IMG/VR virus record: IMGVR_UViG_3300012983_000040 | Location: 22,315-86,314 of that record | Direction: 5' to 3' (one strand) | From: a virus | Lineage: Duplodnaviria > Caudoviricetes | Length of the DNA stretch: 64,000 bases | Shown here: one piece after another, positions 53,560 to 62,572 of the stretch | Layout of the letters: every line of letters starts with the position of its first letter | Position numbering within the stretch: position 1 is the stretch's first letter | Position numbers and translations under genes: made by a program | The notes under the pieces: model-generated | The model's input: the letters and a program-made list of their open reading frames with translations, nothing else | What the model was told of the DNA's origin: nothing | Database searches by the model: none

Positions 53560-54393
53560 TTATTGTTTGTCTTGTTTATCTTTCTTTTTTGGTTCCATTT
53601 CTGGATAAGTATCTCTCTTAATAAGTTCAAGTACTTTTTTATTTTTTGGATCTTTTAAGAATGCAAGAACGGAATCTTCTGATACTCCTAGAATAATCTC
53701 GTCTGCGTAAGTAAAAACTTTATTCTTAACTACTATAACACTCTTTTCTCTAGCCTCAATAATAAGAAGTCTAAGGCCAGTATCTGAACCTGAGTATACA
53801 TCTATAATCTTTTTAGGATCTTTAGCAGCGATTCCAAGTAGATATTCGGTAACTTCTGAATCTGGAGCATTTTTCATGTTCTTACCCAAAAGTCTAGCGA
53901 TAAATACTCGACCTTCAGCACCTTTAGCATCGTCAAAAATATACTCTTCCGCATCATGGCGAAGTTTTAGAGTGTTAACTTTCTTAGCTACTTCTACACC
54001 GGGAGCCTCAACATAAAGTTCAGCAACTCCATAACGTGCATGTGTTTTTCCTTCTGCGATTTCTCCATCTATTAATAGATTGCCTTTTGAATCTCTAGCG
54101 TCTCTCGACGGTGCAATGATAGGAGCATATTTGATACATTCCCATTCTGCATTATCGTAAGGATCTTCCAAATTTAATTGTAATCCATCTTGTACTTCAT
54201 AAACTTTATTCTCTGGAACTAATACTCTTCCAGAATTTCTATCATCATCAGACATAATCATATCGCCCATACTGTTGATTCTGCGAACACAATCAGGATA
54301 ACGCCCCGTCTTGGGATCTTTTACAGGCTAAATATAATAAATCTGACCTACTTTACCATAAACACTTCTTAAAACAATAATGTTTTTATCCAT
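53560..54393 (-). CDS. Conserved crAss-like protein immediately downstream of MCP, 277 aa; one TAG at codon 22
   Basis: ATG at 54393 (MDKNIIVLRSVYGKVGQIYYI[TAG]PVKDPKTG...) extends track ORF 53560-54270. Confidence 0.8.
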
Positions 54394-54420
54394 TCTCTTA
54401 TTAATTCATTAATTGTAAAT

Positions 54421-54445
54421 AGATGGGAGGACTAGCCTCCCATCT
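54421..54445 (-). terminator. Perfect 10-bp stem-loop just 3' of the MCP stop (terminator or mRNA-stabilizing hairpin)
   Basis: AGATGGGAGG-actag-CCTCCCATCT; the minus-strand U-tract is weak. Confidence 0.6.
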
Positions 54446-54468
54446 TAAGTTTAAATCTTTATCAATTA

Positions 54469-54497
54469 TTAAGCTTCTCTTAAAATAAAACTTCTAT
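54469..54497 (-). CDS. MCP exon 6 (29 nt)
   Basis: |AT AGA AGT TTT ATT TTA AGA GAA GCT TAA, immediately after the intron-terminal G at 54498. Confidence 0.8.
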
Positions 54498-57400
54498 CAA
54501 TTTGTTACCTACTAGGCTCTTTATCCTAGTATTCTATAGTTTCTTAGTTAGGTTATTGCTATAGTTCAGACTATATCATCATCTATTTAAGATGTCGGGC
54601 ACTCGTGTTAGGATTATTGTGTATGCTACTCACCTATTAGTCGTTAGAGGTTTACTGTACTTTTATGCATTTCCAGTACTTCCTACGGGATTGTCCACCT
54701 CTGGAGATTCCCCGTTTTCACCCGATTTGCTACTGACGTCACCATCAGAAGCCTCATAGTTTTTTATTTTATATGTTTTATGATAGATCCATCCAGAATT
54801 ACAATATTTTCTCATATGATTGGGATTACACTCTGGGTGTAATTTACAGAAATCAGTAAGAGACATAACCACACTTTCATTAGTTTGAACATTTTCTATT
54901 ATTCTTAACTTTTGGTGTGCTTTTGATATTTTATCTCTTGTTTCTTGGCTGTATTTTTTGCCACGATGAAAATCACCAATTTTCTTTTTAGCTTCTTCAG
55001 AAATTATTCTACCCTTGAGTTTTTCTGAAATTGCTTTTTTGGTTTCTTCTGTATGATGTTTACCAAACATACCATTTCTTTCTCCAAACATTTTTCTTTT
55101 TTCTATCCACTCCGGAGTTTGTTTAACCCCAGTACAGTCTGGAGTATAATCAAAATATTGATTTATACATTTTGGATCATCTTTAACTTCTTTTAATCTT
55201 TTCACTTCTCCTCCATTTGCTAATTTACGAGTAGCAAAAGTTTCTAAAATCTGTTTTTCTAGGTCATGTCTGTGTTCTTTAATGTAAAGTTTAGTCAATA
55301 TAGAACTAGATCCCATATATGGATCATCTTCAATTTTACATTTACAACTTCTAACGCCTATATAAAACTCTCCTGTTTTAGTATTTAAAATTTTATAATT
55401 ATAATGATACATAATATTATTTTTATTAGTACAAATTTATATAAACTTCTATACTAAAACAAGTGTTCTTCACGAAAAATGAAAAAATTAAGTAGAAGTT
55501 AAGATATTAGCTCTATCTTAATATAAAACTTCTATAAGGATTGAATACAGCGATTCCACTGTAACCCCAGTTGATAAGTTTAGAACCAGCAACTGTAGAA
55601 GCTACTAGACCTGAACTTAGACCATCTAAACCACCAACACCTGGTAATTTGTTGCTGATGAAGTCACCACCCTTTAGGGTGAACATCTCGATAGCGGGAG
55701 TACCACTAGTCTTGTCAGCAGTAAGGTCTAAGAATAAACCAAATCCCTTATTATCGCCATACTCGCGGCTGAATGTCCGATCTACCTTAAATGAAATTGT
55801 ATTACCTGCAAACTCATAAGAATCGAAGGTGGCGCCCACATTTACATAGCCGTTAGCTGCCTTAGACCATAGATAAGTGCCACAGGTCTTAAAGTTAGCT
55901 AGCCAAGCACTAAGATTTCTCTGAACATCATGCCACATCTTCTCATTGCAGAGGAAAATGAACTTATTACCAGTAGCAGATTCTGCCTTCTGACACATCA
56001 TGCTCATGGCAGTCTGGAATGCATCAACAGTAAGAATAGTATAAACATACTTAGATGCAAAACGTTCTACCTGAGGAATAATACCATCGCCAATGTAAAT
56101 GGGACGACCAGTGTCAGGATCAGAGATAGTGGCCTTACCATTCTTATCAACGTTGCACTTGTTGAAAAGTAGACCATTATTTCTTACATATAAGAAGTTC
56201 TGAAGAAGGTTCTTCTCAACAGTATCCATCTTATAGATAGTTTCACTCATCTTGCCGTTGCCTTCACCCTTGCCAATAGAAATAAATACATTTTCCATTG
56301 CTTTATAAAGAGCTGAGTAAGTATCGTCAACACGGTGAGTAGAAATATAACCTCTATGTTTCTCTACGTTTGATTGATACTTAACATACATTTTGTTAAT
56401 CAATATGTTGCCATATTGTTCAGACTATATCTTAATCTAAATATTTAAATACAAACCCTTTACAATGATCTCGTTTTCCTAATGCTACTTGTTTTGCATT
56501 TTTATATCCTGCTTTAACACAGTCAGTCATTGTATTAAATGTCTCTAAGAGATTTCCGTCATCGTCAAACTTTCCAACTTTACCTCCTGCGTATGGTTTC
56601 TCTACTCCATTCATATTTCTATGTTTTAATTTCTTCATAAATGGTAACTTTTCATAAGAGAATTGGTGCCCTAGAAACTGGTGTCCTTCTTTAATTGCTC
56701 TTGGTAAGTGCCCTGCTCCTTTTGCTGATGGATTTAAAAATCTTCCAGCAGAATTTACACTATCAAATTCTCTTTCAAAATTACCATCTAAATCATACAT
56801 ATAAACTTTCTTTCTTGGATTTGCACAATCTGGCAATCTGCCTCCAAGTGCTAGGTTATAAACATCCTCACGTTTAAGAAATTCTTCATTTACTAGTTGT
56901 TCTTCTAGTTTATATGCTTCTTTTTCTACATCAAATATTTGTAAAGTTGTTCTAATAAAATTCTTTACTCCATACTTTTTTACTGCATACTGAAAAGGAG
57001 TTTTTGGATTCATATAACTAGCTGGCCTATAAATACTTACACCATTTCCTATGTACCCATCAAAAGCTTCTGGAGTTTCTGTTCCATGAACACCAATATA
57101 AATTTTATTATTTATTTTATTAACTGTTTGATATACTATATATTTCATTGTATTTAAATTTTAGATTTATTCCATTTCGGAGTTTATTTCTCCTACGTCC
57201 TTCGGACTAGTCGTTGAACCTTCCTTGGTACTTCTCTTCGAGCTTGTAATGCCCAAGGCTTGGCTGCTGATTGTCCTTAACTTAAGGAGTTCCCAGCAAT
57301 TAGAAATATTTTTTTAATTTTACACTGCTTAAGCAGCGGAAGAGAGCTATGTTAGGTATATGATGTTCTAACCCTCTTCGTGTAATTCAGGCCATTATGC

Positions 57401-60400
57401 TTTATGTTACCATAAAGATTAGACTATATCATTTACTTAATATTAATTTTTAAGTAAATACCCATTTCAATTATCAATATATTTGTATATATATCCTTTA
57501 TGTTTTTGATATTTGCCTGACAAAACATTTTGGACAGCTCCTCCAACTTCTTTTGCACACTGTCTAGCAGAATCCCATTGTTTTAAAATATTACCATAAT
57601 CATCTATTTGAGCTACTCTTTTTTTCCTATTTTTTGGAGTACTCGGCTTGTTATAATTTTTTAATTTTTCCAAACCCCAAATGTTTCCTTGTTCATCTGG
57701 TTGTTTTAACTTAATAGCTTTAGTAATATTACAATGAGGATTTTTTAATTGTGCTTCTTGCTGAGTTTCAAATTCTTCTAGAAATTCTCCATTTGAATTG
57801 TACTTAAATACTTGTCTGGAAGAAATTTGCAATGATCTGGCTTTATCAAATGATTCCGCTTTTATAAAAGAAAAGTAATATGATAGTTTAACACAATATC
57901 CTAATTTGGTAGCTTGCATTATATTAGCTGGTGCCGTATTTGAATATCTTCCAGCTTCACCATAGGATTCAAATTCTCTATCAAATTCTCCAGTCTTTAA
58001 ATATCTATAAACTTTCTGTTTATTTATATTATTTGTATAATTTGATAAATCTATTTGATCTAGCCTATCAGTATTAAAATATGTATTTTTTATTCTATAC
58101 TTATATACAACTGCTCGTCTTATTGATGACGGTTGGACATTTAATTCATGCCCTGCAACTTCGTATGATGGATATTCTTTTAAAAATAATCCATTTTCAT
58201 CATATTGAAATACTTTTATACCTTCAGTACAATTAATAATTCCTCCTAAAATCATATTATAAACATCATTTCTGGCTAGAAAATTTTCATTTACTATATG
58301 TCCTTCTAGTTCATAGGCTTCTTCTTTTGTATCAAAGGTAGCAATAACTTCTCTCTTAAAGTTTGAAGTTCCATATTCTTTTACTGCTTGTTGAAACTTC
58401 GTTTTTGCTTTTTCATAAGATGTAGGTACATTAATATAAACTCCATTTCCTAAGTACATATCAAATTGTTCAGGATTTGCTGTTCCATGTACTCCTACAT
58501 ATATAAAGCCATTTATTAAATTCGTTGTTTTATATACAATATATTTCATAATTTACGCCTTGCGGCTAGTCGTTGAACGTTATACAATTTATTTATCTAT
58601 AGAATTACTTCCATGTATTAAAATTAAATTATATCTTCGCTGCTGATTGTCCTTTATTTTTTATAAAGGAGTTTCCAGCAATTAAAGTATTTTTATTTCT
58701 ATTAGTCACCTAATAGTGCCACACTCAAAAACTACACGAAAAGTTTTTCAATGGCATTACTCTAAAATCTAGTAGTATCGCCGACGTGATATTCGTCTGG
58801 ATCAATATGATCTGATAAATCAGTGGTAATTAGTCTACATTCTAGTACCCAGTAATCATCAGCCTTACGAATTGGTCTACTAATGCATTGGAACTATTGA
58901 TAAGTGTTGTCCGATTTCCAAATATCATACTTCTGATAGTAATTTTCCTTAAATGCGAAGAAGATTGAAGTACCGTTAGCACCATCGCCTTCTGGAGTGG
59001 CTGCTAACTCAACTCTTTTAATGTACAAATTATTTTTAATAATTTAGACTATATCATTTACTATTTGTGTGATACTTAAATATATAATCATTAAAGTACC
59101 TATTTCCCTATTGTATATTTTTTATTTTAGAAGCTGGAACTTTATACTTTTCTTTTACTTCTTTTATAGTTTCTAAAGTTTCTATAAAGTTCCCGAATTT
59201 GTCGAATACATCTACCATTATTTTATTTTTCCATTTTTTGTCAGGTACTTGTTCTATTTCTTCTAAAGAAATATAAAAGTCTTTGTACCATCCTTTATTA
59301 TCCCTTAGAATATCTCGTATACGATTCCAAGAGTTTAATTTTATAATAGGCATTAGCTCTTTTCCAACAAATTCACCGTAGAATTTATTATTTTTGTCAT
59401 ACACATAGAATTTCATATTAATATACTATATTCGTGGTTTTGGAATAAATATATCGACTAGTTTGTCTGAAACATAATATTTACCATCGAGTAAACTCTA
59501 TCGTTGTATAGCTGTGCATATAGTACATTCGTCTTTCCCTATAAAGTCTCCACATTCTTTTCTTGATATAAATTCCATTAACCATTTACCTTCTTTTGAA
59601 TACAAATGGGTTACTTTTGGAGATCCCCAAGGAATAGTAGAATATTCAGAAACATCAATTGTTTCTTTTGTACTCCAAAGTGAATCTACTAGTGGATGTT
59701 TATCATGTATAGCATATTCAAATTTTTCCATAGGAATACCATAAAAATCATATGCTTCTATTGAATAGTCCCAAACCTTCTAAAGATTTCCATTTAGATC
59801 GAATTGATATAATTTTTTGTAATTATTATATGATATTCCACCTAAACATGCATTATATGTGTAATCTAATTTCAAAAAATTTATGTCTACAAGTTCTTTT
59901 TCTTTATTATAAGCCTCTTCTTTTGTGTCAAAAATAAATAAAGTAGTTCTTTCAAATGCAGCAGTTCCATATTTCTTTACTGCGTACTAAAATGGAGTTT
60001 TCGGATACATATATGTTGAGGGCTAGTTTATATATACTCCACACCCAATATATCCATCAAAAATACTTGGATCATTTGTCTAGTGTACTCCAATATATAT
60101 TCTATTGTTTCCATTTATTTTACTTTCTTTATTTTTAGTTAAATATACAATATATTTCATAGTAATTCAGTTTTTCAGTTAATTAATAACTTACGGGTCT
60201 CCCCTAGTCGTTGAACGCTTCTGTCATCACAGACACGCTGCTGATTTGCTATTGCATTCCAGCAATTTAAAGAATTATTCGATGCAACTTACGCTGCAAA
60301 GGAACCACGTTGATTCGTTTCCACTTCCCATTCAAAATACATACTATCAATACTTCTATATTTATCACTCGACTTAGAGTCACGGTAGAAAATGTTTCTA

Positions 60401-61456
60401 AGAGATTCTGTTAAATATGAAGCAGTCAATTCTGGATATAGCCTTGATACAATGCCTAATCTAGTAGGCTTAGTACCTAAAAACTTATAAAAATCTTCAT
60501 AAGTGCGAGTTTCCAATTATGTTACCATAAAGTCATTTAAACTTTATTTCTTATACTTTATCATCGTATAAGTTCAGACTATATCATCATCTCAGTGAGA
60601 TGTCTTGCACTCGTGTCAAATATCAATTACTTTGTAAGACATACTTGGTATTTTTTCTAATACATACTATCTAATTAAATTCAAGAATTTTCTACCTTCT
60701 GTAGTTCCGCATCTAAGCATAAACTAATCTTCATTTCCGCCATCAGCTTTAACTACATTCCATGTTATTCCATACTTGTTTAGAAAAAATTCTCGAAGTA
60801 ATAAATTCTGCTCAAATGGGAGATATGTAAAAATTCTTAACATATGACCACATTCTATGCGTTTTCCTTCTTTATATGTATATTTTTTTGAAACACATCC
60901 ATCATCTAACCACCAAAGAACTAAAGTTTCTAAATCTATAAATTCTAACAATTCTTTTGTTATTTCTTTTTTACCATTTCTATACAATAATTCTCTAATT
61001 GGTATAAATGATTTAGATTGTTTTCTAAATTTATAAGTGATAAAAGTATTACTCTTATACTATTTTCCATCTTTTCTTACAGAATGTGTTCTTTCCAGTT
61101 TATGAACTTTTATATCTTTTCCTCCGCAAACTGAATGAAGTAATTTCGCTTTAAAAGTACAATACTCTTTCTATTTCTCACAGTGTTCTACTTCTATTCT
61201 ACCTTTTTCACTTATATATCCATCACCAAGTAAAAGTCCAATCAAAATGGACATATCTTTATTAGTTATTCTCATAATAAACTTCTTAATATTTGTTAGT
61301 CGTTGAACTTTCCCATCCAAGGGCTTAGCTGCTGATTACCCGATAACTTGAAGGGCTCCCAGCAATTCACAAGATTTGCATATATCATTGCTGATATATG
61401 GGGCAAAATTACTTACCCATCGTAGGGCGTTTTGTAATAAAATTTGCTACAATCAT
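54469..61456 (-). CDS. Major capsid protein, 473 aa after splicing: join complement(61415-61456, 60313-60513, 58751-59025, 57371-57392, 55536-56388, 54469-54497)
   Basis: Exons total 1422 nt and join in frame to MIVANFITKRPTMG|ETRTYEDF...EWEVETN|YIKRVEL...TTRFQSNAM|PELHEEG|YVKYQSNVEKHR...GIAVFNPY|RSFILREA*, which matches the crAss-like MCP sequence as I recall it. Every 5' exon ends in U and every intron ends in G. Confidence 0.9.
54663..55412 (-). CDS. Intron-encoded GIY-YIG homing endonuclease with NUMOD3 repeats, 249 aa, no TAG
   Basis: YHYNYKILNTKTGEFYIGVR...YMGSS; NGMFGKHHTEETKKAISEKLKG and similar NUMOD3 motifs. Confidence 0.85.
   Translation of the reverse strand: MYHYNYKILNTKTGEFYIGVRSCKCKIEDDPYMGSSSILTKLYIKEHRHDLEKQILETFATRKLANGGEVKRLKEVKDDPKCINQYFDYTPDCTGVKQTPEWIEKRKMFGERNGMFGKHHTEETKKAISEKLKGRIISEEAKKKIGDFHRGKKYSQETRDKISKAHQKLRIIENVQTNESVVMSLTDFCKLHPECNPNHMRKYCNSGWIYHKTYKIKNYEASDGDVSSKSGENGESPEVDNPVGSTGNA
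55432..55463 (-). promoter_or_regulatory. Possible intron-internal Bacteroidetes-type promoter for the intron-5 endonuclease
   Basis: Minus strand CTTG-20 nt-TAAATTTG, about 20 nt upstream of the 55412 ATG. The -7 box matches; the -33 box has one mismatch. Confidence 0.45.
55536..56388 (-). CDS. MCP exon 5 (853 nt)
   Basis: YVKYQSNVEKHRGYISTHRVDD...GIAVFNP-T|. Confidence 0.9.
56389..57370 (-). mobile_element. Group I intron 4 of MCP (982 nt), ORF in L8
   Basis: 9-bp P1 (exon GAAGAGGGU with GCUCUCUUC, U-G at the splice site). AATTGCTGGGAA, ACAATCAGCAGC, GGTTCAACGACTA and AAGATATAGTCTG. P8 strands AATCTAAAATTTAAATAC / GTATTTAAATATTTAGATT flank the ORF. P9 has a GCAA loop. Confidence 0.92.
56432..57148 (-). 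CDS. Intron-encoded GIY-YIG homing endonuclease with two NUMOD1-like modules, 238 aa, no TAG
   Basis: MKYIVYQTVNKINNKIYIGVH; KVYMYDLDGNFEREFDS and KVGKFDDDGNLLETF repeats. Confidence 0.9.
   Translation of the reverse strand: MKYIVYQTVNKINNKIYIGVHGTETPEAFDGYIGNGVSIYRPASYMNPKTPFQYAVKKYGVKNFIRTTLQIFDVEKEAYKLEEQLVNEEFLKREDVYNLALGGRLPDCANPRKKVYMYDLDGNFEREFDSVNSAGRFLNPSAKGAGHLPRAIKEGHQFLGHQFSYEKLPFMKKLKHRNMNGVEKPYAGGKVGKFDDDGNLLETFNTMTDCVKAGYKNAKQVALGKRDHCKGFVFKYLD
57371..57392 (-). CDS. MCP exon 4, 22-nt micro-exon
   Basis: G CCT GAA TTA CAC GAA GAG GGT; completes the AT|G codon and gives MPELHEEG. Confidence 0.85.
57393..58750 (-). mobile_element. Group I intron 3 of MCP (1358 nt)
   Basis: P1 exon UGCCAU with GUGGCA (U-G at the splice site); P2 CTATTAG-GTGA-CTAATAG. 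AATTGCTGGAAA, ACAATCAGCAGC, GTTCAACGACTA and ATGATATAGTCT. P9 TTATG-GTAA-CATAA; terminal G. Confidence 0.92.
57467..58549 (-). CDS. Intron-encoded GIY-YIG homing endonuclease with four NUMOD1-like modules, 360 aa, no TAG
   Basis: MKYIVYKTTNLINGFIYVGVH; repeats KVFQYDENG, KVYRYLKTG, QVFKYNSNG and RVAQIDDYG. Confidence 0.9.
   Translation of the reverse strand: MKYIVYKTTNLINGFIYVGVHGTANPEQFDMYLGNGVYINVPTSYEKAKTKFQQAVKEYGTSNFKREVIATFDTKEEAYELEGHIVNENFLARNDVYNMILGGIINCTEGIKVFQYDENGLFLKEYPSYEVAGHELNVQPSSIRRAVVYKYRIKNTYFNTDRLDQIDLSNYTNNINKQKVYRYLKTGEFDREFESYGEAGRYSNTAPANIMQATKLGYCVKLSYYFSFIKAESFDKARSLQISSRQVFKYNSNGEFLEEFETQQEAQLKNPHCNITKAIKLKQPDEQGNIWGLEKLKNYNKPSTPKNRKKRVAQIDDYGNILKQWDSARQCAKEVGGAVQNVLSGKYQKHKGYIYKYIDN
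58751..59025 (-). CDS. MCP exon 3 (275 nt, two TAG codons; absent from the ORF track)
   Basis: YIKRVELAATPEGDGANGT...GDTTRF[TAG]SNA-AT|. Confidence 0.87.
59026..60312 (-). mobile_element. Group I intron 2 of MCP (1287 nt)
   Basis: AAATTGCTGGAA, AAATCAGCAGC, GTTCAACGACTA and ATGATATAGTCT; P2 has a GTAA loop; terminal G precedes TACATTAAAAGA. Confidence 0.9.
59054..60160 (-). CDS. Intron-encoded GIY-YIG homing endonuclease, 368 aa, TAG=Gln
   Basis: MKYIVYLTKNKESKINGNNRIYIGVH[TAG]TNDPSIFDGYIGCG...PKTPF[TAG]YAVKKYG; joins fragments 59498-59731 and 59108-59416; TGA lies inside the intron S element. Confidence 0.87.
60313..60513 (-). CDS. MCP exon 2 (67 codons)
   Basis: ETRTYEDFYKFLGTKP...EWEVETN. 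Confidence 0.88.
60514..61414 (-). mobile_element. Group I intron 1 of MCP (901 nt)
   Basis: P2 ATATATCA-GCAA-TGATATAT. GAATTGCTGGGA, GTAATCAGCAGC, GTTCAACGACTA and GATGATATAGTCTG. P3 TCTTG/CAAGA; P9 TTATG-GTAA-CATAA; terminal G. Confidence 0.9.
60616..61275 (-). CDS. Intron-encoded two-motif LAGLIDADG homing endonuclease, 219 aa, TAG=Gln (4 TAGs)
   Basis: ILIGLLLGDGYIS and LVLWWLDDGCVS motifs; ATG at 61275, TGA at 60616. Confidence 0.88.
61415..61456 (-). CDS. MCP exon 1 (14 codons)
   Basis: MIVANFITKRPTMG, followed by intron sequence AAG TAA. Confidence 0.85.
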
Positions 61457-61473
61457 AATTTAAAATTTAAATG

Positions 61474-62541
61474 TTAATCTAAAAAATCGTCAATATCATT
61501 AATACTTATTTCTCCGTTTTTAGGCTAAGCTTTCCGCTTACGTACTACTGACTTAGCCTTTGCCTAGTTATAGGATCTTCCACCTTTAGCGTCCTCATAA
61601 CCTCTGTTATAGTTGTTTTTTGCAACTTCTGAAATCTTTTGTTTATAATAACTACTTAGTTGTGCAAACATCTCTGGGCCCTTAATATTCATCCAGGCCA
61701 TTCTGACTAGTTGATCTGGGTCAGCTAATGTGTTATTAATTAGCCTATTTCCTTTTTTATCATACCCAGTTAGGAAATTATATATATCACGTTTATCTTC
61801 ATCTTGTAACTCTAGATCTAAATCGCCAAGATCTATAACTGAAGCTCTGTTAATAGCATCATAAATAGAACGCTGGTACTATTCTTGTTGCTGCTGCTAT
61901 TGCCTTTGAACTTCTTCCTATTGCTGTTGATTATATAAATCTTCTTTTTGTTTATAGTCTGTGCGTAGACTTTGTACTTTTTTATTAAACAAATCTTCAT
62001 TTTGCTGTGATCTGTCTAACTCTTCTAAAGCTTCGTCTTCAGTTATATCTGGGATTCTTGACTTCAAATCTACAAGAAATAGTTCTTCATCTGACAAGTC
62101 ATCAATCTTATATGTTTGTTCTTGTGGTTGCTATGCAGCAGTGTACTACTCAATTGCTTGTTGGGCGATGTACTGATTATAATCCTAAACAGACCAATTA
62201 TTAGTACGCATAAAATTAAGTAGTCCAATTTCCTAATCATCTAGATCTGAATCATCTTCAGATAGAGAATTTAGAATAGATAACTAATCTTCATCATTTA
62301 AATCGTTAAAGTCAGAAGTTTCTTCTCCGTCTTCAGTTTCAAATTTTACAGCTCGGGGATCTACACCTTTTCCTCGTAGAAATTCTTCCAGAGCGGATCC
62401 CTCAAAAGAGGACTCTTCCCCTTCTTGAAGTTGTTCTTCTTCTCCAGGATTATCTAAATCTTCAGTTGTTTGCATCTAGGAAGATACTTCCTCATCATCT
62501 TCCATAAAGTCTTCTAAGTTATCAATTTCATTAATATCCAT
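61474..62541 (-). CDS. Acidic, Gln-rich protein upstream of MCP (putative scaffold), 355 aa, TAG=Gln
   Basis: MDINEIDNLEDFMEDDEEVSS[TAG]MQTTED...; TAA at 61474; position directly before MCP. Confidence 0.68.
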
Positions 62542-62572
62542 ATAACATTAATTCATTTTAATTGTTTGTTCG

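Larger units (their letters stand above)
54498..55535 (-). mobile_element. Group I intron 5 of MCP (1038 nt), with the homing endonuclease ORF in the P1 loop overlapping the ribozyme core
   Basis: Core elements GTGAAAACGGGGAA (P), ACAATCCCGTAG (Q), CTCTAACGACTA (R) and GATGATATAGTCTG (S); candidate guide sequence AAAACTATGAGG at about 54752-54763; terminal G. Confidence 0.85.

Noticed and set aside
1-54393. Fragmented ORFs as pseudogenes or sequencing errors
   Set aside because: Fragments stay in one frame and the breaks I checked are TAG; catalytic motifs are intact. Recoding explains this without frameshifts.
54477-55516. Alternative intron-5 junction TTAAGAT|...G|AAGCT
   Set aside because: It also fits U|G, but it would create a premature TAA and lacks a U-G P1 pair. 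The CCTT|ATAG site pairs with a GAGG guide and restores the EA C-terminus.
56389-56403. Track start MINKM for the 296-aa capsid ORF, and METRT at 60516
   Set aside because: Both starts use TTG codons lying in intron 3' ends; the real coding sequence begins after the intron-terminal G.
2024-62204. All plus-strand ORFs in the track (60-156 aa)
   Set aside because: They lie antisense to long minus-strand genes, show no recognisable motifs, and have the Ser/Leu/Phe-rich composition typical of shadow ORFs.
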